DNA of 42,341 nucleotides from contig JBHLOY010000015.1 in the NCBI GenBank assembly GCA_048939995.1, positions 1 to 42,341 on the forward strand, in the 5' to 3' direction. Below are positions 9,285 through 19,924 of the stretch, one piece after another. Within the stretch, counting starts at the first letter, position 1. Each line of letters begins with the position of its first letter. Origin of the DNA: Promethearchaeota archaeon. Lineage in GTDB: Archaea > Asgardarchaeota > Lokiarchaeia > Sigyniarchaeales > SOKP01. The translations under genes and the position numbers were made by a program. The notes beneath the pieces were generated by a model that searched no databases, was not told the DNA's origin, and saw only the letters and a program-made list of their open reading frames with translations.

Positions 9285-11747
9285 ATGATTATACAAGATA
9301 ATGAAAATAAAATCGAAATTGATAACAGTATAGTCTCACTAATTTTCATTAAGAAAGGTAAAGATCATGGAACCTTTGAAATTAATCATCATCATCAATA
9401 CACACTGAAACATTGTTATAGTGCAATAAATATACTAAATGAAAATTCTGAATCAATTTGGGAGATTCCGTCAAAAGGTTTAGATTTCAATCACCAAATT
9501 GAAGAAATCAAGGATAATATAGGAAGTGGTATAAAAGTTATATTAAAACCCCAGAATAATAAAGAAAATGATATCAAATTTCATATTCAATTCAGAGTTT
9601 ATGAGAATCAATCGTTTATTCTAATTAAAATCACTGATATAGCGGTTACAAAAAACGATTTTCAAAAACGAATTCATAGTATATCACCATTAACTATTAA
9701 AAATGAAAATTTGTGGATCTCTGGTACATCGACTCCCACTGATTTAGAAAAGATATCTTGGTTTAAGAATGGGTGGCAAAGTTGGAGCCCCTGCAAAATA
9801 ATTTATGGTAACGAGGAAGATAATGAGGGACCAGTATTAGATGTTTTTAAACGCACTTTTGATAATCAGGATTATATCATTAAAGGAAGGTTTTATAGCG
9901 AAGATTGTACAGCTATAACTGATTTGACATCAAATGTCTCTCTAATTCTAGGTTTTATAACATTAAATACACAATTCACTCGAATCCTATTAGATTATAA
10001 AGAAACAGAATTTTTTACGGTTTTAGCTGCCTTTGGATGTATGGATGGAATTCAATTTGATAAATCCTCAATAGATTGTTCTGAAGAGTTATTTGTATGT
10101 TTTAAGAGTGATAATTTAGGTTACTATGGTTTAATTGAATATGCAAAATTAATTAAGTTAAACCATAAAGTAAAAGATAAAATTCCAACTGGTTGGTGTA
10201 GTTGGTATTATTACTTTACGAATGTAAGTGAGAATGATATCATTAAAAACTTAGTATTTTTCCAAAACGATAAAAACTTAATACCTATTGATTTCTTCCA
10301 GTTAGATGATGGATATTTTACTCATATAGGTGATTTTAATGATGTAAACTCAAAGTTCCCAAGCGGGCTATACTCTTTATTTAAGCGCATTAATAACTCA
10401 GGCTTTAAAGGAGGTATTTGGACAGCTCCATTTTTTGCTGAAAAAAAAGCCATGCTATTTAAACAACATCGAGATTGGTTTTTAAAGTATAAGGATTTAA
10501 ATAAGTTGATTAAAGTCCATTTTGGAGCTAGCTGGAATGTCTATTTATATGGTTTGGATTTGTCTAATCCCCAAGTTTTAGATTATTTATCCCATTTCTA
10601 TGGGAACTTAATAGATTTGAAGGATTCCTCCCCAAACAATAATTCTAGCCTTATAACATTCTTTAAAATTGATTTTTTACATGCTGCTGTTCCTATTGAA
10701 GCAAAATTCTTTAATCCTAATCTTACCAGAGCGCAAATTTTGTATAATGGTGTTAAAACTATTCGAGATGCTATTAGTGTTGATAGCTTTTTGTTAGGAT
10801 GTGGTGCCCCACTTGGCCCTTGTGTTGGCTTGGTTGATGCAATGCGAATTGGAGAGGACACTGCTCCAAGATGGGAAGAAAGAAATCAACAACTTATAGA
10901 ATCTGGTATTCAAACACCTGGATTGAAGGTTTCGTTAATTAATATAATTTATCGATCCTTTATGCATAGAAAGTTTTGGATAAATGATCCTGATTGTTTA
11001 ATGATAAGAAGAACTGATACAGAATTGACAATAGAAGAAATTAGATTGCAGTTAACAATAATGGGTTTGTCTTGTGGACAAATTTTAATATCGGATGATA
11101 TAACACAATTGTCCGAAGAAGAAATAAAAGATGCTAAATTATTAATTCCTCCTTATAATCCAAATAACTTTCACCCCATCGCAGTTGATGCCTTTACCTC
11201 CAAATTACCCACCATTTTCATGTTGGAGACGAATCAAGTTATTGGAAAAAGATTTTTAGTGGCAATAATAAATTGGGAAAATAATTTTGTGAACAAGAAA
11301 GTAAATATTAAGAAAATCACCTTATATGAAAAAAATGAAACTAACTTCCTAATATTTGATTACTGGAACAAGAAATTTTTAGGTTTATTTAAGACTCATC
11401 AAGATCTGTTGTTACATAAATTAGCACCTCATTCATGTAGATATTTAGCTATTATTCCAATCGATGATATAGAGATTGCTGAACCAGTCTTGCTCTCAAC
11501 AACTTTACATATTACGCAAGGTTGCATTGAAATAAAGCAATATGAATTTAAAGAAGAAGAAGGCAAATTATTGATTGAATTTGAGTTAATTGGTAAGCGT
11601 GATGGGAACTTTTATTTGAAGCTACCTCATGGAAGGCAAATAATAGATCATGATGACGAAGTTCATATAATTGATAAAAATAATAATATTTGGGAATTAT
11701 ATATTAAATTTGAGAACAAAAAAATCATTCAAATACAATTATCTTAA
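9285..11747 (+). CDS. Glycoside hydrolase family 36 alpha-galactosidase
   Basis: PTGWCSWYYY, QLDDGY, GIWTAPF, KIDFL (nucleophile), RIGEDT (acid/base) and INDPD. Confidence 0.9.
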   Translation: MIIQDNENKIEIDNSIVSLIFIKKGKDHGTFEINHHHQYTLKHCYSAINILNENSESIWEIPSKGLDFNHQIEEIKDNIGSGIKVILKPQNNKENDIKFHIQFRVYENQSFILIKITDIAVTKNDFQKRIHSISPLTIKNENLWISGTSTPTDLEKISWFKNGWQSWSPCKIIYGNEEDNEGPVLDVFKRTFDNQDYIIKGRFYSEDCTAITDLTSNVSLILGFITLNTQFTRILLDYKETEFFTVLAAFGCMDGIQFDKSSIDCSEELFVCFKSDNLGYYGLIEYAKLIKLNHKVKDKIPTGWCSWYYYFTNVSENDIIKNLVFFQNDKNLIPIDFFQLDDGYFTHIGDFNDVNSKFPSGLYSLFKRINNSGFKGGIWTAPFFAEKKAMLFKQHRDWFLKYKDLNKLIKVHFGASWNVYLYGLDLSNPQVLDYLSHFYGNLIDLKDSSPNNNSSLITFFKIDFLHAAVPIEAKFFNPNLTRAQILYNGVKTIRDAISVDSFLLGCGAPLGPCVGLVDAMRIGEDTAPRWEERNQQLIESGIQTPGLKVSLINIIYRSFMHRKFWINDPDCLMIRRTDTELTIEEIRLQLTIMGLSCGQILISDDITQLSEEEIKDAKLLIPPYNPNNFHPIAVDAFTSKLPTIFMLETNQVIGKRFLVAIINWENNFVNKKVNIKKITLYEKNETNFLIFDYWNKKFLGLFKTHQDLLLHKLAPHSCRYLAIIPIDDIEIAEPVLLSTTLHITQGCIEIKQYEFKEEEGKLLIEFELIGKRDGNFYLKLPHGRQIIDHDDEVHIIDKNNNIWELYIKFENKKIIQIQLS

Positions 11748-11752
11748 TAAAT

Positions 11753-12739
11753 ATGTTTAGCCCCAATAAAATTTTTGAAAAATTTTGTCAAAATGAATTA
11801 GATAAAACATCAACTATTGAGTTATTATTATCTATAATAGAAAACTCTTCTGCGGATCATTTAAGACTAGAATCTATAGATATTTTAAATAAAATTGGAG
11901 TTAATGGTGATACTGTTTTTAGAGTAATAGAAAATTTAATGATTTCAGATTTAAATCCTGAATTACGGATATCTTCGTTAAACTTATTATTTACAAATTA
12001 TCAAGAAAAAGTCTTAAATCCAATTAAATGGATGATTAATTACGAAACCTCTTTTAAAGTTTTAATAATTATCATCAAAACTCTAGCTAAAATTGAAAGT
12101 GATAATTCTAAAAATCTTTTACTCACTGAATTAAAAAAAATAGGGTCCGTGAAATATCTTAATCTTGAACGGAATTATAAAAATAAAAAATATAAGAAAC
12201 TTGTAAAAAAATTGTTAAAATCAAATAAAATAGAGAAATTTTCCCATAAACAGATTTCAGAAATAATAGTTAATTTTCTCATAGTGAAACATTTATCTGA
12301 AAAATTTCCTAACGTATTTTTTGAATTAAATCCCCAAACCCTATTAGTGGAGAGCCTAGATCTGTCAGATTACTTGGAGTATGAAGTAAAAGGAACACCT
12401 TGGGGTTGGAGAAATAATATATCAAATTTATCTGAGATTGAGGGTTTAGAAAATTTAGAAGCTCTATATACGTTAGATCTTTCAAATAATCAAATTCGGT
12501 GCATCAAAGATTTAAATAGACTGAAATCGCTTACTCATTTAAATTTATCAAATAATAAAATTAAAGATCCCGATAATTTATCTTATCTTAATGATTTACC
12601 TAACTTAGAATATTTAAACTTATGTGATAATGAAGTTAGTAATTTTTTGACGCCATCTTCATTAAATCCAAAAATAAGGATTATTTCAAAAAGACAATTA
12701 GAAGAAATAGAGGCAAAATTGCAAGCTAAGCTTGAATAA
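11753..12739 (+). CDS. HEAT-like + short LRR protein (third family member)
   Basis: Same N-terminal block (PNKIFE...IIENS...ENLMISD...LR...PIKW) followed by 3-4 SDS22-like LRRs. Confidence 0.85.
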   Translation: MFSPNKIFEKFCQNELDKTSTIELLLSIIENSSADHLRLESIDILNKIGVNGDTVFRVIENLMISDLNPELRISSLNLLFTNYQEKVLNPIKWMINYETSFKVLIIIIKTLAKIESDNSKNLLLTELKKIGSVKYLNLERNYKNKKYKKLVKKLLKSNKIEKFSHKQISEIIVNFLIVKHLSEKFPNVFFELNPQTLLVESLDLSDYLEYEVKGTPWGWRNNISNLSEIEGLENLEALYTLDLSNNQIRCIKDLNRLKSLTHLNLSNNKIKDPDNLSYLNDLPNLEYLNLCDNEVSNFLTPSSLNPKIRIISKRQLEEIEAKLQAKLE

Positions 12740-12767
12740 AAGAAAAAATAAAGAATAAATTTATATT

Positions 12768-14138
12768 TTAAACAGACGTAAATTCAGTTTTCTTTCCAAC
12801 ACCAAATAAACCAAGAGCTACTCCTAATTCTTTATGGTCTTTACCGTAATCTCTTACAGGTACTCCTTTCATTACAGCGTCAATAGCTTGTCTGAATGCT
12901 TTGGCTCCTGCAATGGGGCCTTCAGGGTGAGCATGAATCCCACCACCACTTCCAATCATTATGTTAGTACCTAGATCTTGGACACATTTTTCCACTAAGC
13001 TAGGTGTGATTCCGCCAGAGGGCATTGGTAATGTTCTTTTTATATGTGGTGCATTGCGCATTGGCATCACCATTTGTCTTGCCGTCTCTTTGAATCTATC
13101 TGCACTTGTAGGAGCTTTACCATAAGGTGCTGGATGTACAATAGTATCACAACCAGCTAATCTCCCAAACTTTCCAAGAATTAATGGACTTGAAATCCCG
13201 CTTAAAGGATCTTGATAGAGAGCACCCGCAAGATCCATGTGTCCTAAAATAGGGACTTTTACAGACGGGTCTTCGGCTAGTTTCCTCATTGCTGAGTAGC
13301 CTGTTGAAATATGGTTTACCATTAATGCATTCGCTCCATGCTCCTGCACAATGTCGGCTAATTCAAACATCCTATCTACTCTGTCAGTAATATTCACAGT
13401 ATATAATGTCTTCTCACCTTTTTCAGAATCAGCTTTATCTAATGCTTCCATAAATGCCGTTACTCTCTCAGTAATAGGATTAAACTCAACATCAGCAATT
13501 AATTCATCATCTTTAATTATGTCACACCCTCCTACAGCTGCTTGATAAGCTAGATCAGCTCCAATCTTAGGATCTGAATAGACACATGGCTTTATCATAT
13601 TATTTAATAAAGGACGTTCCTTAACTCCTAAAATTTTTCGAATACCAACATCTCCAAACTTAGGACCCTTGAACTCCTTTAGGAAAGCCTTTGGAAACCT
13701 TACGTCAACCATTTTGAGTGGCCCTCCCATAGATATATTTCCATAGATCGTTGTAAAAAGCATTGGAAATTGAGGTTTAAAGTTTAAGGGGAAAGCTATT
13801 TGTACTACGTATTGATGCATTTTAGGATTTCCAAAAAAGTCTTCGGCCCCTTCGTATTCAAAATCTGGGATTCTCCACAATCCAATTACTTTTGCTACAT
13901 GCTTTCTTCTCTGCTCTGGGGTTTCAGCAGGAACTGGAACAAATGTGCCTGTTGATTGTTCAATACAAACAGCTTGCATCATATAAAAAGCATCCATTTT
14001 TCGATGAAGCATTGCATTATAAGTAGCAATAATATGAGTCTCATAATCAATATCTTCTGGAAGTGCATTTGGTTTAGAAAGATTTTCTAAATCAAAATCA
14101 TCAAATTCTGGAAGATTTTTTCCGTTCAATTCTATCAC
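12768..14138 (-). CDS. RuBisCO-like protein (form IV RLP)
   Basis: EQSTGT, GNIS, IKP, DIIKDDE, PYGK, PSGG and GGGIHAHP present. Carboxylase residues K177, R295 and H327 (spinach numbering) appear substituted. Confidence 0.85.
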   Translation of the reverse strand: MIELNGKNLPEFDDFDLENLSKPNALPEDIDYETHIIATYNAMLHRKMDAFYMMQAVCIEQSTGTFVPVPAETPEQRRKHVAKVIGLWRIPDFEYEGAEDFFGNPKMHQYVVQIAFPLNFKPQFPMLFTTIYGNISMGGPLKMVDVRFPKAFLKEFKGPKFGDVGIRKILGVKERPLLNNMIKPCVYSDPKIGADLAYQAAVGGCDIIKDDELIADVEFNPITERVTAFMEALDKADSEKGEKTLYTVNITDRVDRMFELADIVQEHGANALMVNHISTGYSAMRKLAEDPSVKVPILGHMDLAGALYQDPLSGISSPLILGKFGRLAGCDTIVHPAPYGKAPTSADRFKETARQMVMPMRNAPHIKRTLPMPSGGITPSLVEKCVQDLGTNIMIGSGGGIHAHPEGPIAGAKAFRQAIDAVMKGVPVRDYGKDHKELGVALGLFGVGKKTEFTSV

Positions 14139-14225
14139 AATTTCAAATTGTTATTATGCATAGTTATTAGCGGAAAAATAATATTACGCTAAATAACTTA
14201 AGAAAAAAAAAAACCTAAAATTAAT

Positions 14226-15329
14226 TTAGTCTTTAGATTTCAATGCAGTTTTTAAATTAAGATAAGAATTCTCAAGTACGGTTAAATATTCAATTAAAAC
14301 TTGATTAGCTTTTGATTTCTTCTCGTACTCTGCTTTAATAATATTTATTAAATATTTAGGAAAGATTATATCGACATAAAAATCACAAAGCAACGCATAA
14401 TATTCGTTATTTCGATCATCTTGAAACACCTGAATCATTTTACTTTCCCAAAGCATCTTTAATACCTCATCAACATCCTCAACACCCTTCTTTTTAAGTT
14501 TTTCAAGATCATTTCTTGTTACTATAGCTGTTCGTAATAAGCGTAGAGTTTCATAAACTTGAGGGTTTATTATAACATCTATTACTGTAAGGTTATCTTG
14601 TTCAGAAGGGCGATAAGTTTGAAAGAATTTTTTAGACTCTGTGCGATAATCTTCTGCAAGTTGAATTGGTAAGCCTTTATCAGCAGGATTTTTTAATAAC
14701 TGAATTGGTGGAACTCTCATCATTATAGGATCATTTATTAAGAAAATAAGTTCTGATGGCATTCCTTTTACAGATGCTTCTTTAATGATATCTTTTTTTA
14801 TCATTTCAATTAATACTCCTTCTAAATCAAAGAATCCCTGTCTATACTTATCTTTCAGCCAGACCATGAGCTCTGACTTAGAAACTACTCCTTCCTCTCT
14901 CAAGCGATTTATGATCATTCTCTTTATTTCGTCTTGATAGGTAATTGCTAGCCGTTGTTCATCATTCAATGTTGGATACACAGATAATCTTCGAAATAAT
15001 GAAGCAATTAGTTCCAAATAAGCTTCTTCATCAATATTCTGCAAAATTATTCTAGATATATCTATTAATCCGCTTTCATAAGCATCAGGATCGTCATCTA
15101 AATTTAATAATAGCATAACATAGTACCCTTTGTCTGGACCGGTATAGTAGGAGGCGATATTGAGAGAACCAACCATTAAACTAATCATGCCTGGATCTCC
15201 ACTATACTCATGCGTACTATAAACCTGCATTAAAGTCTTCTCAGAAATGTTAATTTCTGCTGGAAATTTGGCTAGAATTTCGGTTCCTACTCTCTCATCC
15301 CATTTCATCAGTACTAATCCAACTGGCAT
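14226..15329 (-). CDS. Longin/uDENN-like N-terminal domain + two winged-helix-like domains (367 aa), copy A
   Basis: Start corrected to ATG 15329 (MPVGL), 1 bp after the upstream stop and giving the same length as the paralogue. WDERVGTEILAKFP resembles the uDENN/NPRL2 F-D-x-x-x-G-P-x5-P start. CDS is secure; the fold is inferred. Confidence 0.65.
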   Translation of the reverse strand: MPVGLVLMKWDERVGTEILAKFPAEINISEKTLMQVYSTHEYSGDPGMISLMVGSLNIASYYTGPDKGYYVMLLLNLDDDPDAYESGLIDISRIILQNIDEEAYLELIASLFRRLSVYPTLNDEQRLAITYQDEIKRMIINRLREEGVVSKSELMVWLKDKYRQGFFDLEGVLIEMIKKDIIKEASVKGMPSELIFLINDPIMMRVPPIQLLKNPADKGLPIQLAEDYRTESKKFFQTYRPSEQDNLTVIDVIINPQVYETLRLLRTAIVTRNDLEKLKKKGVEDVDEVLKMLWESKMIQVFQDDRNNEYYALLCDFYVDIIFPKYLINIIKAEYEKKSKANQVLIEYLTVLENSYLNLKTALKSKD

Positions 15330-15330
15330 T

Positions 15331-18300
15331 TTAGGCAGCACCTCCTTCAAATTCACTTGGTTCAATTCTTTTTCCCTTCTTCCTCTCAACTCCTAAAATA
15401 TCTGCTAATGATAACCCAAGAGTTTCCCATTTATCTCCTACTCTTTTCACAATATATTCTTCTTTTGAGGGATAGAGTAAGGATTCTGACACTGACTTTT
15501 TACTTTTTATTATACTCTTCATTTCTTTAACTCTTTTAACGAATGTAGGGATTCTTGCGCTTTGTATAGCTCGATAAGCTAATAAACTACCTACAACAGC
15601 TACTAAAGCAGCAATAATCATAAAAAAGTAGAATAACGGGAAGCCAGGAAATATCTCAATCATCTTGACGTCAATAAAAATAATTCTAGTTGTATCACTA
15701 TAATTAGTTTTTCTAATGATAATAGTTGCGGTCAATCTTTCATTATAAAAGAATGCATCAGGCAAAATTGAATCTGGAACGACAACTGTATACGTACCAT
15801 CTCCATTATCAGTGAAGTTAAAGTAATTACTTCCAACACTTAAACTAACTTCAGCATTCATTACAGGGTTATTGTATAAACGATCATTAAGACTAATATC
15901 AAAGGTTAAGGCTTGTCCCGATATAACCGAAACAATATCACTTACATCTATCTCAAATTCTCTTGGGATAATATTTAAGAATATAATAGCGGTTCTTTCT
16001 ATATAATTTGTTTCACTAAGCGTTATGACTAAGCTATACATTGCTATTTCCAGAGATTCTGTAGTAAGATCCAATTCAAATAACCCATTGCCTAAATCAT
16101 TTAATTCAATGATCCCTTGATCAACGACAACTCCACCTATATCTTTTTCCCATGCACATTTTTTTATGTCAATATTTGATAAACCTGTTCCAGTAGTCTC
16201 TACAATATATTCGAAATAGAATATTTGTTGAGTCCCTACAAAAACATCAAAAGTTTCATATAAAGCCGCAGAATCATTTATTCTTGTATTTATTTCAAAT
16301 ATTTCTAATGGAATTATAACCGATTTAGTTTCATAATTTTGCTTAGAAGCACTGATTTGTATATTATATTCTCCGTATTTAGGAAAGGCTGAACTATTTA
16401 ATTCTAGCCGATACAAACCTCCTACACCATACGGAGTTAAACTTCCAGTAATTCCAGTGACACCGAGTTCATAATATTGAACAATAGCACCATTCAGGTT
16501 TTCATCAGGATCAGCATAAATATCAGTATATTGAACATCTAGAGTTATAATATCATTCCAATATCCCTCTACTTGACTCATATTTGGACTAAGACTTGTG
16601 GGTCTATCTAAAAGAGTAAAGGTTATTGAACTTGCATTTGTAATATATCCTGGTTTTGTAGCATAGATATCCATAATATAATTTACTCCTGATAACCAAT
16701 TTGCTCCTCCTAGTTCGATAGGAATAGTTGTATCTATTAGGAGACTATATCTTCCATTCCCAGACTCTGAAAAATATAAATTACCTGTATTAATTTTTGT
16801 GGTGCCTATTTTGATATCATATCTTACAGTTCCATCTACAATTGGGTTACCGTAAAGAGGTAAACCGTTTTTCGTGTAGGTATAGTTGACCCAGATATTC
16901 AAAGTATCACCCAAGATAACAGCATCTACACCAGAAGCATTTACATATAGGAATGACTTAAAAGTATCTCCAGTGGTTACTTCGATTATTGTTTCAAGGT
17001 ATTGATCAAAAGAAAGTGTCACCATTCCATCATTAGGTGTCGGATCTAAATCATCGACACAAACTAAATTTGAATATTGAGTACCATGCCATGTGACTGT
17101 CAAACTAACATTACCACTTATTGAAATATTATTCCAGTGAAACATAACATTTCCAATAGAGTTTGTATATTCAGAGCCTAATAGTGCAGGTCCTGAACCA
17201 TCATCAATAGTAAAGGTAATATTGGCTCCAACAACATATTCTTGGAAAAATCCTCCATCAAATCTTTGGAATGATAAATTCAGTGAAGTTAAACCGACAT
17301 TTATAAATTTTAACCTATAAATACCATAATTGTCTACTACAGAATCATTAAGTTCTATAATCTGAGGACTAGTTATTGTTAATATCTGACTATAGCGTTC
17401 ATATGATGCATTCACGATATATGTTCCGTTTGATAATCGATCAAAAACCGTCCTTCCATTCTCATCTGTTCGTTGAATCCAGCTTATCGCGGGATTTGAA
17501 GCATTTAAAACCGTTATTGTTGCCTCAGGTACTAATCGATTATCAATGTCGGTAACATTTACCTCTAATGTATAAAAGAAACTATCCTCCTCATAAATAT
17601 AAATATTAAGGTCTGTTCTCAATGTTTCTAAGGTGTCATCAAAATATTGGACCATTCCAGTATTATCTAGAGTTCCAGTTATGTTTACTCCATTAAGATA
17701 TTCCCAGAAATATACAAATAACTTATAAGGCTCTCCACCTCCACTATTATCTAAGTCATTAATCGAGCCAGGCACAAATTCTACCATACCTTCATCATAA
17801 AGGATATCTCCTTGCAAATAAGTGATATCCATTTGAACTGGATCTGATATTTCAAAACCTTCAATAAATACCCCTAGAGCATCCTTAGAGGCATCAGGAG
17901 CATTGTGAATAATGGTATAATTTTCAGAAATAAAACCAGCAGTAGTTATATCTTTCTGTAAGTTTCCATCAAAAAGATATAAGAATCGATCATGATCATT
18001 TAAATTTGAAAGATCGTAATGAGTATTTAAAGCAAACATACGATCTAGTGTATAGTTGAAGTCATTATCAAAATAAATACTCCGATTAATAGCCCATAAG
18101 TTGTAATCTGAGTAAAATGTACAAATATCTTGGATATGCATATCAAATGTGGTTGCCCATTCAATTTTATATCGAGAAAATATTTTCCCATTCTCCAATT
18201 CAGTGATAGATTGAATAGTTGATGGCATAGAACCATACTTATAATCTTCGACCTCTTGATTAGTTAAGTATTTATTATATACAGCAACCTCATCAATCTG

Positions 18301-19611
18301 ACCTTTGAAATACTGATTTATATGTTCTGATGCTCCTATAGTAAATGGGCTTCCAACTGCTTCGTCTAAATCTGTTGCCCCTTGCCATGTCGTAGCATCT
18401 GGATACCATGTATCTTTAAGAAAAACTTCTACAAGCCCATTTATATAACGTACTGCAACAAAAAACCAACCACCTGCTGTAGTTATTTTTCCAGCAGGTC
18501 CAAAATCAGCGTATCTATCGTCAGTTTCAGTATCGATATAAACATGAATGTTACCCTCGTTATTTACCCCTATTTCAAAATTATCATTATATGAATCACT
18601 TGCTTTTGCCAAAAAAACGTTTTCAGTTTGATGATTTGTAGCATCACCTGAAATTGAGCTTGGATTTATCCAAGCACAAGCTGTGAACTCAGTACTTGCT
18701 CCATTAAATGGGTCTCCAACAGCTTCTAATCCATTAGCGTAGCTGACAAAATCATTACCATCGAAATCCATGCCATATTGCACTCTTCCATCTACATAAA
18801 AGGGGTCTCCACTAATAACACCATCAGGCTCATTTCCAGTTGAGTCAGAAACAGTATTCTCGAAATGAGCTAAGAACTTTAAGCTTGGCACTGATAGTTG
18901 TTTTTCTGGAGATAATGAACTATTTGAATGAAAATTATATCCTAACCTTTCAAATTTGGTGACTGATAACCCTTGTTCGATCTCTATTTCATAGTTTGTA
19001 CCGACGTTTATTGTTAATTTTCCAGAAGATAAATGACTAGAAAAGCCGGTATTGTAAACAATTTGATTGATATCGTTTAAATTTTCGTTATAATATAGAA
19101 AATAAGTTCTATTTGAGCTCGCTGGAACATCAGCAATAAAGGTTATTGTGCATGACTTAATAAAATTTGTTGCATCGTATTTAGTAATATTCCACATCTG
19201 CATTGGGATAAGATCACTCCATTCATTATTACCTGTGGCATTAAAACTCACAAGGCGTTCAGTATTTTCATAATGTTCATTCTCTCGAAATCTAAGAAAA
19301 ATATCTAGCGGTTGATGCCTGTTAATATTCTCAGTTTCTTCTAAAATAAAACCAACTCTATATCGAAAAGTTTTATTCCACCATAATAGTAAATCGATCT
19401 TCTCACTCATATAAATAACATCAGAACTTTTTGGATAAAAGAAATGATCCTCAAGCTCTTCTTTCTCACCGGATATTTCATTTATAAATGATTTCTCCTC
19501 TTTTTCTTTACTGTAAGAGTTTATTAAAAAATTAGCTATGAAAGCTGGTGTTAAAAGTATTAATAAAAAGAAAAGCGGATATACAAATTTACGCTTTAAT
19601 TTGATATTCAT
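15331..19611 (-). CDS. Large single-pass cell-surface protein A (DUF2341-like, LamG/concanavalin-like, Ig-like stalk, C-terminal TM + cytoplasmic tail)
   Basis: N-terminal hydrophobic signal; WWNKTFRYR; LamG motifs GMDFDGND, FTACAWINP and FKGQIDEVAVYN; repeated beta-sandwich segments; many NxS/T; TM near the C-terminus followed by an ~80-aa basic tail. Confidence 0.85.
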   Translation of the reverse strand: MNIKLKRKFVYPLFFLLILLTPAFIANFLINSYSKEKEEKSFINEISGEKEELEDHFFYPKSSDVIYMSEKIDLLLWWNKTFRYRVGFILEETENINRHQPLDIFLRFRENEHYENTERLVSFNATGNNEWSDLIPMQMWNITKYDATNFIKSCTITFIADVPASSNRTYFLYYNENLNDINQIVYNTGFSSHLSSGKLTINVGTNYEIEIEQGLSVTKFERLGYNFHSNSSLSPEKQLSVPSLKFLAHFENTVSDSTGNEPDGVISGDPFYVDGRVQYGMDFDGNDFVSYANGLEAVGDPFNGASTEFTACAWINPSSISGDATNHQTENVFLAKASDSYNDNFEIGVNNEGNIHVYIDTETDDRYADFGPAGKITTAGGWFFVAVRYINGLVEVFLKDTWYPDATTWQGATDLDEAVGSPFTIGASEHINQYFKGQIDEVAVYNKYLTNQEVEDYKYGSMPSTIQSITELENGKIFSRYKIEWATTFDMHIQDICTFYSDYNLWAINRSIYFDNDFNYTLDRMFALNTHYDLSNLNDHDRFLYLFDGNLQKDITTAGFISENYTIIHNAPDASKDALGVFIEGFEISDPVQMDITYLQGDILYDEGMVEFVPGSINDLDNSGGGEPYKLFVYFWEYLNGVNITGTLDNTGMVQYFDDTLETLRTDLNIYIYEEDSFFYTLEVNVTDIDNRLVPEATITVLNASNPAISWIQRTDENGRTVFDRLSNGTYIVNASYERYSQILTITSPQIIELNDSVVDNYGIYRLKFINVGLTSLNLSFQRFDGGFFQEYVVGANITFTIDDGSGPALLGSEYTNSIGNVMFHWNNISISGNVSLTVTWHGTQYSNLVCVDDLDPTPNDGMVTLSFDQYLETIIEVTTGDTFKSFLYVNASGVDAVILGDTLNIWVNYTYTKNGLPLYGNPIVDGTVRYDIKIGTTKINTGNLYFSESGNGRYSLLIDTTIPIELGGANWLSGVNYIMDIYATKPGYITNASSITFTLLDRPTSLSPNMSQVEGYWNDIITLDVQYTDIYADPDENLNGAIVQYYELGVTGITGSLTPYGVGGLYRLELNSSAFPKYGEYNIQISASKQNYETKSVIIPLEIFEINTRINDSAALYETFDVFVGTQQIFYFEYIVETTGTGLSNIDIKKCAWEKDIGGVVVDQGIIELNDLGNGLFELDLTTESLEIAMYSLVITLSETNYIERTAIIFLNIIPREFEIDVSDIVSVISGQALTFDISLNDRLYNNPVMNAEVSLSVGSNYFNFTDNGDGTYTVVVPDSILPDAFFYNERLTATIIIRKTNYSDTTRIIFIDVKMIEIFPGFPLFYFFMIIAALVAVVGSLLAYRAIQSARIPTFVKRVKEMKSIIKSKKSVSESLLYPSKEEYIVKRVGDKWETLGLSLADILGVERKKGKRIEPSEFEGGAA

Positions 19612-19924
19612 TTATTCACTACCCATTTTTCGAATTTTATCTTTAAATTTAAAGTAAATTAATGTTTTTAACATTATTAATGCCAACGTTAATATTTAAC
19701 TTTTTATCATACTAACAAATATTTACTTTAAAAGCATTTAAAATAAAAATCAAAAAATTTATTGCTATTATATTCGATGATTTTGTCCTTGTTTTCTTTT
19801 GAATAAATTTAAATATAAAAATTTAGATTGGAGGATCAAGGAACGTATCGGAAAATAAGTCCTCTATTAAATAAGAATAAAAAAAGGTATTTTTAAATTA
19901 AAATCACGAATTATTTGTGAAACA

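Noticed and set aside
1-14138. AMP phosphorylase + RuBisCO as the archaeal AMP/pentose-bisphosphate CO2-fixing pathway
   Set aside because: The RuBisCO homologue lacks K177, R295 and H327 and looks like form IV. The genes are 12 kb apart and no ribose-1,5-bisphosphate isomerase is in the window.
15330-15389. 20-aa N-terminal extension of the 387-aa ORF
   Set aside because: It overlaps the upstream gene's tail, and the paralogue shows the real start is MPVGL at 15329.
19830-19865. GAGGA...TCCTC short stem in the divergent intergenic region as an ncRNA or SECIS
   Set aside because: Only 5-6 bp of pairing and no further recognisable structure.
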